Source: Chthoniobacteraceae bacterium (GTDB lineage Bacteria > Verrucomicrobiota > Verrucomicrobiia > Chthoniobacterales > Chthoniobacteraceae). Taken from it: DNA of 14,090 nucleotides. Below, piece by piece: positions 6,013 to 14,090 of the stretch (positions within the stretch are counted from its first letter, which is position 1; the number at the start of each line of letters is the position of its first letter). Made by a program: the position numbers and the translations under genes. The stretch covers positions 1 through 14,090 of the forward strand of contig JANNWY010000324.1 in NCBI GenBank assembly GCA_031409335.1, in the 5' to 3' direction. Under the pieces are notes generated by a model. The model did not search any database and was not told where the DNA came from. It saw nothing but the letters and a program-made list of their open reading frames with translations.

Positions 6013-7797
6013 ATGCGAATTCCCATCCTTCTCTCGCTCTTCGCCCTCACCACTTCACTCTATGCCGCGCTTCCGACTTACGATCACATCGTCGTCGTCG
6101 TGGAGGAAAATAAGTCGCGCACGCAAATCATCGGAAATACCGCGGAGGCTCCGTTCCTCAACGCGCTCGCCCGACGTGGCGTGTCGCTCACGAACATGGC
6201 GGGGATCACGCATCCGAGTCAGCCGAACTATCTGGAGATGTTCAGCGGGGATTCGCAGGGCGTGCAGAGTAACAACAAGCCGGGCGGTCTCCCTTTCACC
6301 ACGCCAAATCTGGCGGCGGCACTGATCGCGGCGGGGAAGACTTTCATCGGCTACGCGGAAGACCTGCCGGCAGCGGGGGATGCGGATACCGTAAAGACCA
6401 TCTATCCAGATGGACGGGATCGTTATGCGCGAAAGCATGTGCCTTGGACGAACTGGCAGAGCAGCGCAAATCCGCTGCCGCCCAACGCGCTGCCGCCTTC
6501 GGTGAATCAGCCGTTCAGCGCGTTCCCCACCGATTTTACTCTGCTCCCGGATGTCGCGTTCGTGATTCCCAATGAATCGCACGACATGCACAGCGGCGTG
6601 GATCGCGTGCGCGTGGGCGATCGCTGGCTGGCGGGGCGGCTCGCGGCGTATGCGAGCTGGGCGTTGGCGAATAATTCGCTGCTGATCGTGACGTGGGATG
6701 AGGATGATTCGCGGTCGGGAAATCAGATTCCGACCGTGTTTTACGGCGCCCATCTGCGGGTGGGCGACAATGAGGGGGCGTGGACGCTGCATCATTTGCT
6801 GAGGACGCTCACGGATCTGACGGGGATCGCACCGATGGGGCGCGCGGTGGAGGTTTCGCGGATCGCGGGAATTTTCACGGGGGATGAGCCGGTGATGACG
6901 CGGACTTTCCGACAGGGCGCGACGTATCGGGGGACGCTGGATGTGACGCTGCGGGAGGCTGCGCCGAATGATCCGATCGCGACGACGGTGAAGGGCGTGG
7001 TGGGGATGTCACCAGTTTCGGGGGTCGAGGATCAGGTGTTGTTGCGCTTCGACAATATTTTCGGCCCGACTCCGCAGCAATTGCCCACCGACGCGACGGT
7101 CGTCTCGGCGCAGCTCCGCTTGCAGACGGGGTCGGCGGTGGCAGTGGATGGGACGACACAACTGGTGGCGCTGCATCGGATGCGGATTCCGTTTAGCGCG
7201 GCTTCGACGTGGAATACTTTCGCGGGCGGTGTGGATACGGACGACGTGGAGGCGGAGGCGTCCGCGGAGTTCACGGCGACGCCGCGTTTTGCGAACGATG
7301 TCGCGCGCTTCGATGTCACCCCGACGCTGCTGGATATTGCCGCCGGTGGATCCAACGACGGGTGGCTCGTGAAGCTGGCCGGCACGGATTCGTGGCGCTT
7401 TGTGCTGTCTGAAAGTACCACGAGCATCGCCGGTCGCCCGACGCTGCACGTGACGGTGGCCGCGAGCGAGCTGTCGCTGGATTCCACGCTCGTGCGCGTG
7501 AATGAAAACGCGGGCAGCGTCGCCATCACCGTGCATCGTACTGGCGCGCTGGATGCCGTGGCGACGGTCGATATCATCACGCTCGATGGGACGGCGATCG
7601 GTGGCAGCGATTTCACATCGCGGAGCGGGACGCTCATCTGGCCCGCCGGTGATGCGACCGATCAGACGCTCGTGATCCCGATCCGCAACAACGCGCCGAT
7701 CGAAGGCCGCGAAACTTTCACCGTGAAACTGCGCGCCCCGGCGGGCATCGGAAAGATCGGCGCAATCCGGCAGACGACGGTGGTGATCCTGGAATAG
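6013..7797 (+). CDS. Secreted phosphoesterase/acid phosphatase with DNRLRE-like and Calx-beta domains
   Basis: Signal peptide from ATG 6013; DHIVVVVEENKS, THPSQPNY, YARKHVPW, HDMH and LLIVTWDEDD motifs; LLRFD..SAQLRL..TWN..GW..RPTL; C-terminal VNENAG...DGTA..GSDF...ETFTVKL. Confidence 0.85.
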   Translation: MRIPILLSLFALTTSLYAALPTYDHIVVVVEENKSRTQIIGNTAEAPFLNALARRGVSLTNMAGITHPSQPNYLEMFSGDSQGVQSNNKPGGLPFTTPNLAAALIAAGKTFIGYAEDLPAAGDADTVKTIYPDGRDRYARKHVPWTNWQSSANPLPPNALPPSVNQPFSAFPTDFTLLPDVAFVIPNESHDMHSGVDRVRVGDRWLAGRLAAYASWALANNSLLIVTWDEDDSRSGNQIPTVFYGAHLRVGDNEGAWTLHHLLRTLTDLTGIAPMGRAVEVSRIAGIFTGDEPVMTRTFRQGATYRGTLDVTLREAAPNDPIATTVKGVVGMSPVSGVEDQVLLRFDNIFGPTPQQLPTDATVVSAQLRLQTGSAVAVDGTTQLVALHRMRIPFSAASTWNTFAGGVDTDDVEAEASAEFTATPRFANDVARFDVTPTLLDIAAGGSNDGWLVKLAGTDSWRFVLSESTTSIAGRPTLHVTVAASELSLDSTLVRVNENAGSVAITVHRTGALDAVATVDIITLDGTAIGGSDFTSRSGTLIWPAGDATDQTLVIPIRNNAPIEGRETFTVKLRAPAGIGKIGAIRQTTVVILE

Positions 7798-7863
7798 GCG
7801 GGGAAGCGCTGCGCGAGCGCGCGCCTCCTAAGAAATCTGCGCGCCTCCAGTCTCCCACAGAGC

Positions 7864-10581
7864 ATGTTTTTCCACCCATTTCGCACCCCGTTGCTTCTCG
7901 CGCTCCTCGTCGCGTTCGCTTCCCCGGCCCGCGCAGTCATCGAACCGGGGGAGGTGCTGATCGGCGAGATGAATTGCGTGGCCTGTCACGAGGCGGCGCC
8001 GGCGGTGAAGGAGCGGCTGGCTTCGCGGCAGTCGCCGCGGCTCGGCGCGGATGGCGTGAAGTTGTCGCCGCAATGGCTGCGCGCATTTTTCGCAAATCCT
8101 CAGACGACTCAGCCGGGCACGCTGATGCCCGACATGCTGCATGGCCTCGCGCCTGCGGAGAAGGATTCCGCAGCGGAGGCGCTCACCCATTTTCTCGTCT
8201 CGCTCCAGCCGGCGGCGACGGGAAAGGAGAGCGGCGCGAGCACGGCGGCGATCAAGGCGGGCGCGGAACTTTTTCACTCCGTGGGTTGCGTGATGTGCCA
8301 TGCGCCAGCCGATGCGCCGCGCGGGAAAGAGGGCGATGCGGCGGTGATGGATGCAGTGAAAAAGGTCGCGGAGCACGCGGTGCCGATGGGTGATTTGGCG
8401 AAGAAATATTCGGTCGCGGAACTGGCTGCGTTCCTCCGCGATCCCTTGAAGACGCGGCCTTCCGGGCGGATGCCATCGTTGAAATTGAACGACGGCGAGG
8501 CGCGGGCGATCGCGATGTATTTGCTGCGCGCGCAAGTGCCCGCGGGCGCGGCGGCGAAATTGAGCGGGCTCTCGTACGAGTATTACGAAAAGAGTTTGCC
8601 GGAGCTGCCGGAGTTCGACCGGCTGACACCGGACGCGACGGGGACGACCGAGACTTTCACGCTCGCGGTGGCGAAACGGAAAGGCGATTTCGCGCTGCGT
8701 TTCCGCGGAATCCTGACGGTGCCGACGGATGGCGACTACAAATTTTACACGACAAGCGACGATGGCACGCGGCTCTCCATCGACGAAAAAGTGGTGGTGG
8801 AAAACAACGGAATCCACCCCGCGCAGGAGCGCAGCGCGCCGGTGAAATTGAGCGCGGGCGATCACACGATCACGCTGCTGTATTTCGACGGCGGCGGGCA
8901 GACCGCGATGAAGATCGAGTGGAAACCGCCCGGCGGAAAACGCGAGAGCATTCCCGCAAACCTGCTCTCGCACGAAGGCCAGCCGATGCGCCCGCTCGGC
9001 GAGGTGCCGTTCACTGTCGATGCCGCGAAGGCGGGGCAGGGGAAGGAGCTGTTTGCGCGGATGAATTGCGCGGCGTGTCATCAGCTCGACGCGCCCGGGG
9101 TGAAGGCGCGCGCGCTGGCGGACATCAAGGGCCGCCAGCCGGGCGGATGTCTGGCGACGAATCCGAAACCGAACGTGCCGAAGTTTGAAATCACCGACCG
9201 CCAGCGCGCGGTGCTGATCGCCCAACTCGGCGCGCAGGATCTCCTCTCGGTGCCGCTCAATGCGGGCGATCAAATCAAACGCACGATGACGACGCTGAAC
9301 TGCTACGCGTGCCATCAGCGCGACCGGCGCGGCGGTGTGGAAGGCGTGCGCGGCGAATATCTCGCGAACGTGGGCGAGGTCGATCTCGGCGACGAGGGCC
9401 GCATCCCGCCGCATCTGAATGCGGTCGGCGCGAAGCTGCAGCCGGAATGGGTCAAGACGGTGCTTTGGAAAAATGGCGCGGTGCGTCCGTATATGGCGAC
9501 GCGCATGCCGCAGTTCGGCGAGGCGAATGTGAAGCGGCTGCCCGCGCTTTTCGAGCAGGCCGATGCCAGCCCGGCGGTGGAACTTCCCGCCGATGCAAAC
9601 GCACCGAAATTTGGCCGCAAGCTGGTCGGTGTCGGCGGCTACACCTGCATCGCGTGCCACGTTTTCGCCGATTACAAATCGCTCGGCGTCCCCGCGCTCG
9701 ATCTCACGACCACGGCCACGCGTCTCAAGCCCGACTGGTTCCGCCGCTACCTGCTTGATCCACAAGCGCTCCGACCCGGCACTCGGATGCCGAGCTTTTT
9801 TCCCGGCGGCGTGGCCGCAAACCGCGACGTGCTGGGCGGCGATGCGGACAAGCAGATCGGCGCGATCTGGGCGTATCTCGCGAAAGGCCGGGAAGCCGAC
9901 TTGCCCGCCGGGCTCGTGCAGGGGAAGCAGGAACTCATCGCCGATGCCGAGGCGGTGATTTACCGGAATTTCATCGAAGGCGCGGGCTCGCGCGCGATCG
10001 GCGTGGGCTTTCCCGAGAAGGCAAATTTGGCATTCGACGCAAATGAAATGCGGCTCGCGCTGATCTGGCAGGGACCGTTCATTGATGCCGCTAAACATCG
10101 CAGCGGGCGAGGCGACGGCTTCCAAAAACCACTCGGCGTGAACGTGGTGAAAGGTCCGCCGGGGCCGCCATTCGCCGTGCTGGAAAGCGAGAGCGCCGCG
10201 TGGCCTGCCGCAGTCGGGAAGGACGGCGGCTACCAATTCAAAGGCTACCGCCTCGACGACAAACAACGCCCTGCGTTCCGCTTCACGTTCAATGGCGCGG
10301 AGATCGAAGACTACTCCGTCGCCGTGCCCGCCGAAGTCGATGCAACCCTCAAACGCACGATCACCCTCACCGCGCCGAAAGCGATCGAGCGGCTGTATTT
10401 CCGCGCAGCGGTGGCGGACAAGATCGAAGCGAAAGATGGCGCGTTCATCGTCGGAAAAATGACGCTGAAATTTCCCGGCGCGAAACCCATCGTCCGCGCG
10501 GCGAACGGAAAATCCGAGCTGCTCATCCCGCTCATATTCGCCGGAAAGGAAGCGAAGATCGTGGAGGAGATGGTTTGGTAG
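7864..10581 (+). CDS. Exported multiheme c-type cytochrome with a PA14 domain
   Basis: Signal peptide; five CxxCH motifs (CVACH, CVMCH, CAACH, CYACH, CIACH) with downstream MP motifs; PA14-like FALRFRGIL.VP.DGDYKFYTTSDDGTRL. Confidence 0.9.
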   Translation: MFFHPFRTPLLLALLVAFASPARAVIEPGEVLIGEMNCVACHEAAPAVKERLASRQSPRLGADGVKLSPQWLRAFFANPQTTQPGTLMPDMLHGLAPAEKDSAAEALTHFLVSLQPAATGKESGASTAAIKAGAELFHSVGCVMCHAPADAPRGKEGDAAVMDAVKKVAEHAVPMGDLAKKYSVAELAAFLRDPLKTRPSGRMPSLKLNDGEARAIAMYLLRAQVPAGAAAKLSGLSYEYYEKSLPELPEFDRLTPDATGTTETFTLAVAKRKGDFALRFRGILTVPTDGDYKFYTTSDDGTRLSIDEKVVVENNGIHPAQERSAPVKLSAGDHTITLLYFDGGGQTAMKIEWKPPGGKRESIPANLLSHEGQPMRPLGEVPFTVDAAKAGQGKELFARMNCAACHQLDAPGVKARALADIKGRQPGGCLATNPKPNVPKFEITDRQRAVLIAQLGAQDLLSVPLNAGDQIKRTMTTLNCYACHQRDRRGGVEGVRGEYLANVGEVDLGDEGRIPPHLNAVGAKLQPEWVKTVLWKNGAVRPYMATRMPQFGEANVKRLPALFEQADASPAVELPADANAPKFGRKLVGVGGYTCIACHVFADYKSLGVPALDLTTTATRLKPDWFRRYLLDPQALRPGTRMPSFFPGGVAANRDVLGGDADKQIGAIWAYLAKGREADLPAGLVQGKQELIADAEAVIYRNFIEGAGSRAIGVGFPEKANLAFDANEMRLALIWQGPFIDAAKHRSGRGDGFQKPLGVNVVKGPPGPPFAVLESESAAWPAAVGKDGGYQFKGYRLDDKQRPAFRFTFNGAEIEDYSVAVPAEVDATLKRTITLTAPKAIERLYFRAAVADKIEAKDGAFIVGKMTLKFPGAKPIVRAANGKSELLIPLIFAGKEAKIVEEMVW

Positions 10582-10600
10582 CGGCGGATTTGCCCGCCGC
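10581..10600 (+). terminator. GC-rich hairpin after the cytochrome gene
   Basis: GCGGCGG-ATTTGC-CCGCCGC; no U-tract follows. Confidence 0.35.
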
Positions 10601-10613
10601 GCGAAGGGCTGGT

Positions 10614-10637
10614 GAGCGACCTGGGCTAACCCTTTTC
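10614..10637 (+). repeat. Degenerate GACCC-site-like sequence
   Basis: GAGCGAC-CTGG-GCTAACCCTTTTC has both half-motifs, but the spacer is shorter than consensus. Confidence 0.4.
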
Positions 10638-10669
10638 CCCCACGACATAGCTGGGCGACGCCGTCGAGG

Positions 10670-11024
10670 GGCTTCGAGGCCCTCGCCCCACTGGTGCCAC
10701 GGCGCGAACGCTCTGCGCGCCAGCGCCTTCCCTTTCCACCCCGGAGCGCTCACCGGCTAGCCGCCGGAGCGGCAATTCCGCGCGCGGTGTGAACGCCGGG
10801 CGATAGATCGCGCGAGCCAGCGGCGCACGCAGTTCGTCGGCGAAGAACGCCGGCGGATTGGCGACTATGTTGAAGATCTCGGCCTCAAGCCTTTCGACAA
10901 GCTCATGACCTGACGGCAGCGCGCCGTCATTGCCCTGGGCGATGAAGTTCTGGATGAACTCGTGCGCGAGCTTGATCGGCTCGCCGACAGGCACGCCGAG
11001 GCGGATGAGGTCTTTGGTGTTCAT
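10670..11024 (-). pseudogene. rtcB: N-terminal fragment of an RtcB-family RNA ligase, with two insertions
   Basis: MNTKDLIRLGVPVGEPIKLAHEFIQNFIAQG...LARAIYRPAFTPRAEL, then in another frame APWHQWGEGLEA. This resembles, from recall, the N-terminal extension of PVC-group RtcB. The catalytic MPDAH region is absent. Confidence 0.55.
10890..10916 (-). mobile_element. 27-nt in-frame micro-insertion (TGAGC..GTCGAA type)
   Basis: CCGTCAGGTCATGAGCTTGTCGAAAGG (PSGHELVER) shares its core with 1493-1517. Boundaries are inferred. Confidence 0.55.
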
Positions 11025-11204
11025 GGTGTGGTTCGTTTGAAAATGGCGGGCGCAGCGTGCGGACACACTTCGAGTGCGCAGCGGTGTTTGTTCTTTTTGT
11101 CGTCGGTAAAGATCGCCCTTGGGGAGAAGTGTGAAGCTCTTCTAACCTGCGCGCTTGATGCACAAAATCGAAAGTCAGCTTCGCGAAGAGAAAGAACCGT
11201 CGCT

Positions 11205-11624
11205 GTGATCCGCGCCGTCCTCGATACCAATGTCCTCGATTCCGCTTTTCGCTCCAGTCGCGGCTACTCGTTCGATGTCTTCGTCGCTTTGCGACAAGAC
11301 CGCTGGCGTGCCGTCCTCAGCAATCACCTTATCCACGAGTATGAGGAAATCCTGAAAGCGCACGCTGCTGAACTCGGCCTTGCTCTCGCGGAGATCGACA
11401 CGTTGCTCGATGCCATCTGTGCTCGTGCGGAAGAGTGGCAACTCGCTGCGGGCTGGCTTCCCATTCTCGCCGATCCCGACGATGAACCGCTCGTCCAACT
11501 CGCCTACGACTCCGCCGCCCGCCGTATCGTCACCCACAACGTGCGCCATCTCGCGCCCGCCCGCGCTCTGACCATCGCAGTCTTGCTGCCCCGCGAGTTC
11601 GCAGCCATGATTCCCACGCCATGA
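11205..11624 (+). CDS. PIN-domain putative toxin
   Basis: GTG start; IRAVLDTNV...EYEEIL...DPDDEPLVQLA...IVTHNVRH. Confidence 0.85.
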   Translation: MIRAVLDTNVLDSAFRSSRGYSFDVFVALRQDRWRAVLSNHLIHEYEEILKAHAAELGLALAEIDTLLDAICARAEEWQLAAGWLPILADPDDEPLVQLAYDSAARRIVTHNVRHLAPARALTIAVLLPREFAAMIPTP

Positions 11625-11854
11625 CGATCCAGGTCACACTGCCCGATAGCCTCGCCGCGCAAGCGCGCGAACTCGCCACCCGCGAGCACATCACCGTGGA
11701 TGCCCTCGTGGCCAGCGCCCTCACCGCGCAACTCGATCACACTCCGCAACGCCCCACCATCGCGGAGCGCGCCGCCCGAGTTAATTGGGAAGCGGTGGAC
11801 GCCATCCTTGCTCGCGTTCCGGACGTGCCCCCGGTGCCGGGTGACGAGCGGTAG
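11621..11854 (+). CDS. Putative ribbon-helix-helix antitoxin (downstream of the toxin)
   Basis: MTIQVTLPDSLAAQARELATREHITVDALVASAL; ATGA overlap with the PIN gene. Confidence 0.8.
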   Translation: MTIQVTLPDSLAAQARELATREHITVDALVASALTAQLDHTPQRPTIAERAARVNWEAVDAILARVPDVPPVPGDER

Positions 11855-11858
11855 CGTT

Positions 11859-12004
11859 TCCGACGTCCCCATGCCCTTCTCGGCGCCTGCCTCCTCCGCA
11901 TGTCCGAACTCTGGCCCGAAGCCCCCGTCTTCACCCTCGACTCCGATTTCCGCGCCTATCGCCGCAACAAGCGCCAGTCGCTGCCGCTGATCTGCCCGTC
12001 GTAA
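11859..12004 (+). pseudogene. C-terminal fragment of a VapC-like PIN toxin
   Basis: SDVPM, frameshift, ACLLRMSELWPEAPVFTLDSDFRAYRRNKRQSLPLICPS*. Not in the ORF track. Confidence 0.7.
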
Positions 12005-12009
12005 AAATC

Positions 12010-13119
12010 ATGAGCAGTTGGGTTGCGGAAATTCGGAGACGAGAAGCAGAGGCGCGGCGCTCGGAGCGCGAGACACGCAAGCGGCATCGGGAATTGGAGC
12101 GGCGCATCAAGGAACGCGCGAAACTATCGGCACTGCAACAAGCACAGCTCGACGTGGAGGCGCACGAGAACGCCCTGGAGGTTTTGCTCTCGGTTCACAA
12201 AGAGCAGAGTGCGCCGATCGAGTGGGCGAAATTTGCGGCAGCGCTCCCGCCGCATCAGCCGGTAAGATCGGGTCAGCACGAATTTGCGGCGGTGCTCAGG
12301 CATGGCATCGCTGATTTGGAAAATGCGGCTGAAAGCGGGAACGCTGCTGCGGAGCAGGCGCGCGCGCTGGACGAGCGGGAATATCGGGCACAGCGAGAAA
12401 GTTACGAAGGCGAACTGGCGGAGCGGGAGCGAATGCGTGCGCTGGCGAAGCGGGTGCTGTCCGGCGAAGCGGGAGCTTATTCCGAAGCCATCTCGGAGTT
12501 TTCCGCGCTCGGTGAAATGGCCCACCTCGGCTCTTCCATCCACATCACGGTGTGCAGTCCAAAGCTCGTGGAATGTTTGCTGACGGTGAATGGCCGGGAG
12601 GCGATTCCTGCGGAAGTGAAATCGCTGACCGCGGCGGGGAAGCTTTCCGTGAAGAACATGCCCAAGCCGCGGTTTCACGAGATCTATCAGGACTACGTGT
12701 GCGGCTGTGTCTTGCGGCTTGCGCGCGAAGTGTTGGCCTTGTTGCCAGTCGATCAGGTTCTAGTCACGGCGTCGGTCAAGGGGACTGACGCGCGCACTGG
12801 CCAGCCGGCTGATGTGCCAGTGCTCTCCGGGGCCATGAGCCGTGAGGTTGTCGAGCGGCTGGATTTCGAGCGGCTCGATCCGTCTCACTCGATGGAAAAC
12901 TTCCCACATCGCGGCGACGTGAAGGCGTCACGCAAAGGTGGCGAGTTCGTGGCCATCGTCCCGCTCACGCCCGAAGATTTGGCACCGGCTCAGCCAGAGC
13001 GGATGGACTTCACCGGCTTGCTCAACAACGTCCGCCAGCTTCGCGCGGACATCGGCTCCAAGCTAAAGCCTGCGACGCCGCTGCCTGCTGACCACAAAGA
13101 AGAAACCTCTCCCGCATGA
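12010..13119 (+). CDS. Hypothetical protein with an N-terminal coiled coil and a globular C-terminal domain
   Basis: 369-aa ORF with motif EIYQDYVCGCVLRLAREVLALLP; ATGA overlap with the next gene. Confidence 0.8.
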   Translation: MSSWVAEIRRREAEARRSERETRKRHRELERRIKERAKLSALQQAQLDVEAHENALEVLLSVHKEQSAPIEWAKFAAALPPHQPVRSGQHEFAAVLRHGIADLENAAESGNAAAEQARALDEREYRAQRESYEGELAERERMRALAKRVLSGEAGAYSEAISEFSALGEMAHLGSSIHITVCSPKLVECLLTVNGREAIPAEVKSLTAAGKLSVKNMPKPRFHEIYQDYVCGCVLRLAREVLALLPVDQVLVTASVKGTDARTGQPADVPVLSGAMSREVVERLDFERLDPSHSMENFPHRGDVKASRKGGEFVAIVPLTPEDLAPAQPERMDFTGLLNNVRQLRADIGSKLKPATPLPADHKEETSPA

Positions 13120-14090
13120 CGACCTTTCTTCTGGTGCTTTGGCTGATCACGAGTGCAGCGCTCGCGGTGTTTTATTTCCTCAAACAGCGCTCGGATGCGG
13201 CCGCCTCCTCCGCAAGACAGCAAGCGGCTGCCGCCCGGCAGGAGAGCGAACGTGAAGTCGAATTGGCGCGCCAGGAATCGAAGTCGGCGGTGGCGCGAGC
13301 GCGCGGCGAATCGGATGCAGCGGTGGCCTATGCGCAGCAGACGCTTGAACAGAAGCTCGCCGAGCTGGCCGCGGAATCCGAGCGCGTTCGCGAACATTAC
13401 GAAAGAGAAGCGCTGAAAGTGCATGAAGCGGCGACGCAACAACTGGAAGCGGCGCTGGCTGAACTCGCTCCGCTGCGCGGCTACGCCAGCCTGCAGGATG
13501 CGGAGAGCGAAGTGCGGAAGACTCTCGCCGAAGCCATCGCGGAAGCCGCGGCTTTGCGACGAGAAGCTCAGATGCTGGTGGATCAAACCAAAGAGGCGAC
13601 ATCGCAAGATCGCGCGGCATCGCAGCAGCGGGCGAAGGATCTGCGTGCGCAGGCAGAGGCGCTTCTTGTTCAGGCCAACCGCGATGCTGGCCGGATCATC
13701 GAAGCTGCGGAACGTCGGGCCGAACAAACTGCCGGGGACGCTTACGTTGCCTTGCGCGACAAGCAGGTGCTCGAAGAAGCGATCCCGGCGCTGTGGAATG
13801 AGGTTAATGGTTACGGCGACCGCTACGTGATACCCACGCGCAGCTTGCTGGACGATCTGGCGGCGGACTTCGGCCATACGGAAGCGGGCGAAGAACTAAG
13901 AGCCGCACGTGAGCAGTCGCGCCGCTTGGTTGAGCTGAAGCAGGCAGCGGCCTGCAACTATGAGGAAGAGGATCGGCGGGATCGCGCCAATCGGTTCGTG
14001 ATCGATGCCTTCAACGGGCGCGTGGATGCCATTCTCAGCCGCACCAAGCACGATAACTACGGGACTTTGGAACGAGAGATTCGCGACGCC
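13116..14090 (+). CDS. DUF4041-like membrane-anchored coiled-coil protein (partial, runs off the right edge)
   Basis: Hand-translated: MTTFLLVLWLITSAALAVFYFL (TM), a long coiled coil, then GYGDRYVIPTRSLLDDLA...FVIDAFNGRVDAILSRTKHDNYGTLEREIRDA. No stop codon in the window. Confidence 0.8.
   Translation, partial: MTTFLLVLWLITSAALAVFYFLKQRSDAAASSARQQAAAARQESEREVELARQESKSAVARARGESDAAVAYAQQTLEQKLAELAAESERVREHYEREALKVHEAATQQLEAALAELAPLRGYASLQDAESEVRKTLAEAIAEAAALRREAQMLVDQTKEATSQDRAASQQRAKDLRAQAEALLVQANRDAGRIIEAAERRAEQTAGDAYVALRDKQVLEEAIPALWNEVNGYGDRYVIPTRSLLDDLAADFGHTEAGEELRAAREQSRRLVELKQAAACNYEEEDRRDRANRFVIDAFNGRVDAILSRTKHDNYGTLEREIRDA

Noticed and set aside
7828..10266. 812-aa minus-strand ORF and other long antisense ORFs (6055-6795, 12990-13877)
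   Set aside because: These are shadow ORFs of GC-rich sense genes, with no recognisable motifs.
10962..11204. N-terminal extension of the PIN ORF
   Set aside because: The PIN motif starts at GTG 11205; the extension overlaps the divergent gene and intergenic DNA.

Overview
GC-rich bacterial window. The gene style suggests the PVC superphylum (Verrucomicrobia-like); this is an inference. 1-5.8 kb is a mosaic of gene fragments and small intact genes. Its junctions repeatedly fall at a short polar repeat (consensus GAGCGAnnTTCTAAAGCTGACCC; 8 full or partial copies, plus a degenerate one near 10.6 kb). The mosaic contains IS4-like ends, a frameshifted REP-associated tyrosine transposase (RAYT) with palindromic REPs, a MazF-type TA pair, a 5'-truncated PIN gene, the 5' half of a group II intron, a serine-hydrolase tail, low-GC orphan genes and a ParE-type TA remnant. 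The intron sits inside a copy of the repeat, and its EBS1-like loop is complementary to the repeat; both IS4-like ends abut the repeat at the same offset. 6.0-10.6 kb holds two intact exported-protein genes: a phosphoesterase/DNRLRE/Calx-beta protein and a 5-heme c-type cytochrome with a PA14 domain. 10.6-14.1 kb holds a disrupted rtcB-like fragment, a PIN TA pair, a VapC tail and a coupled hypothetical + DUF4041-like gene pair running off the right edge. All family calls are from motif recognition; no database searches were run.
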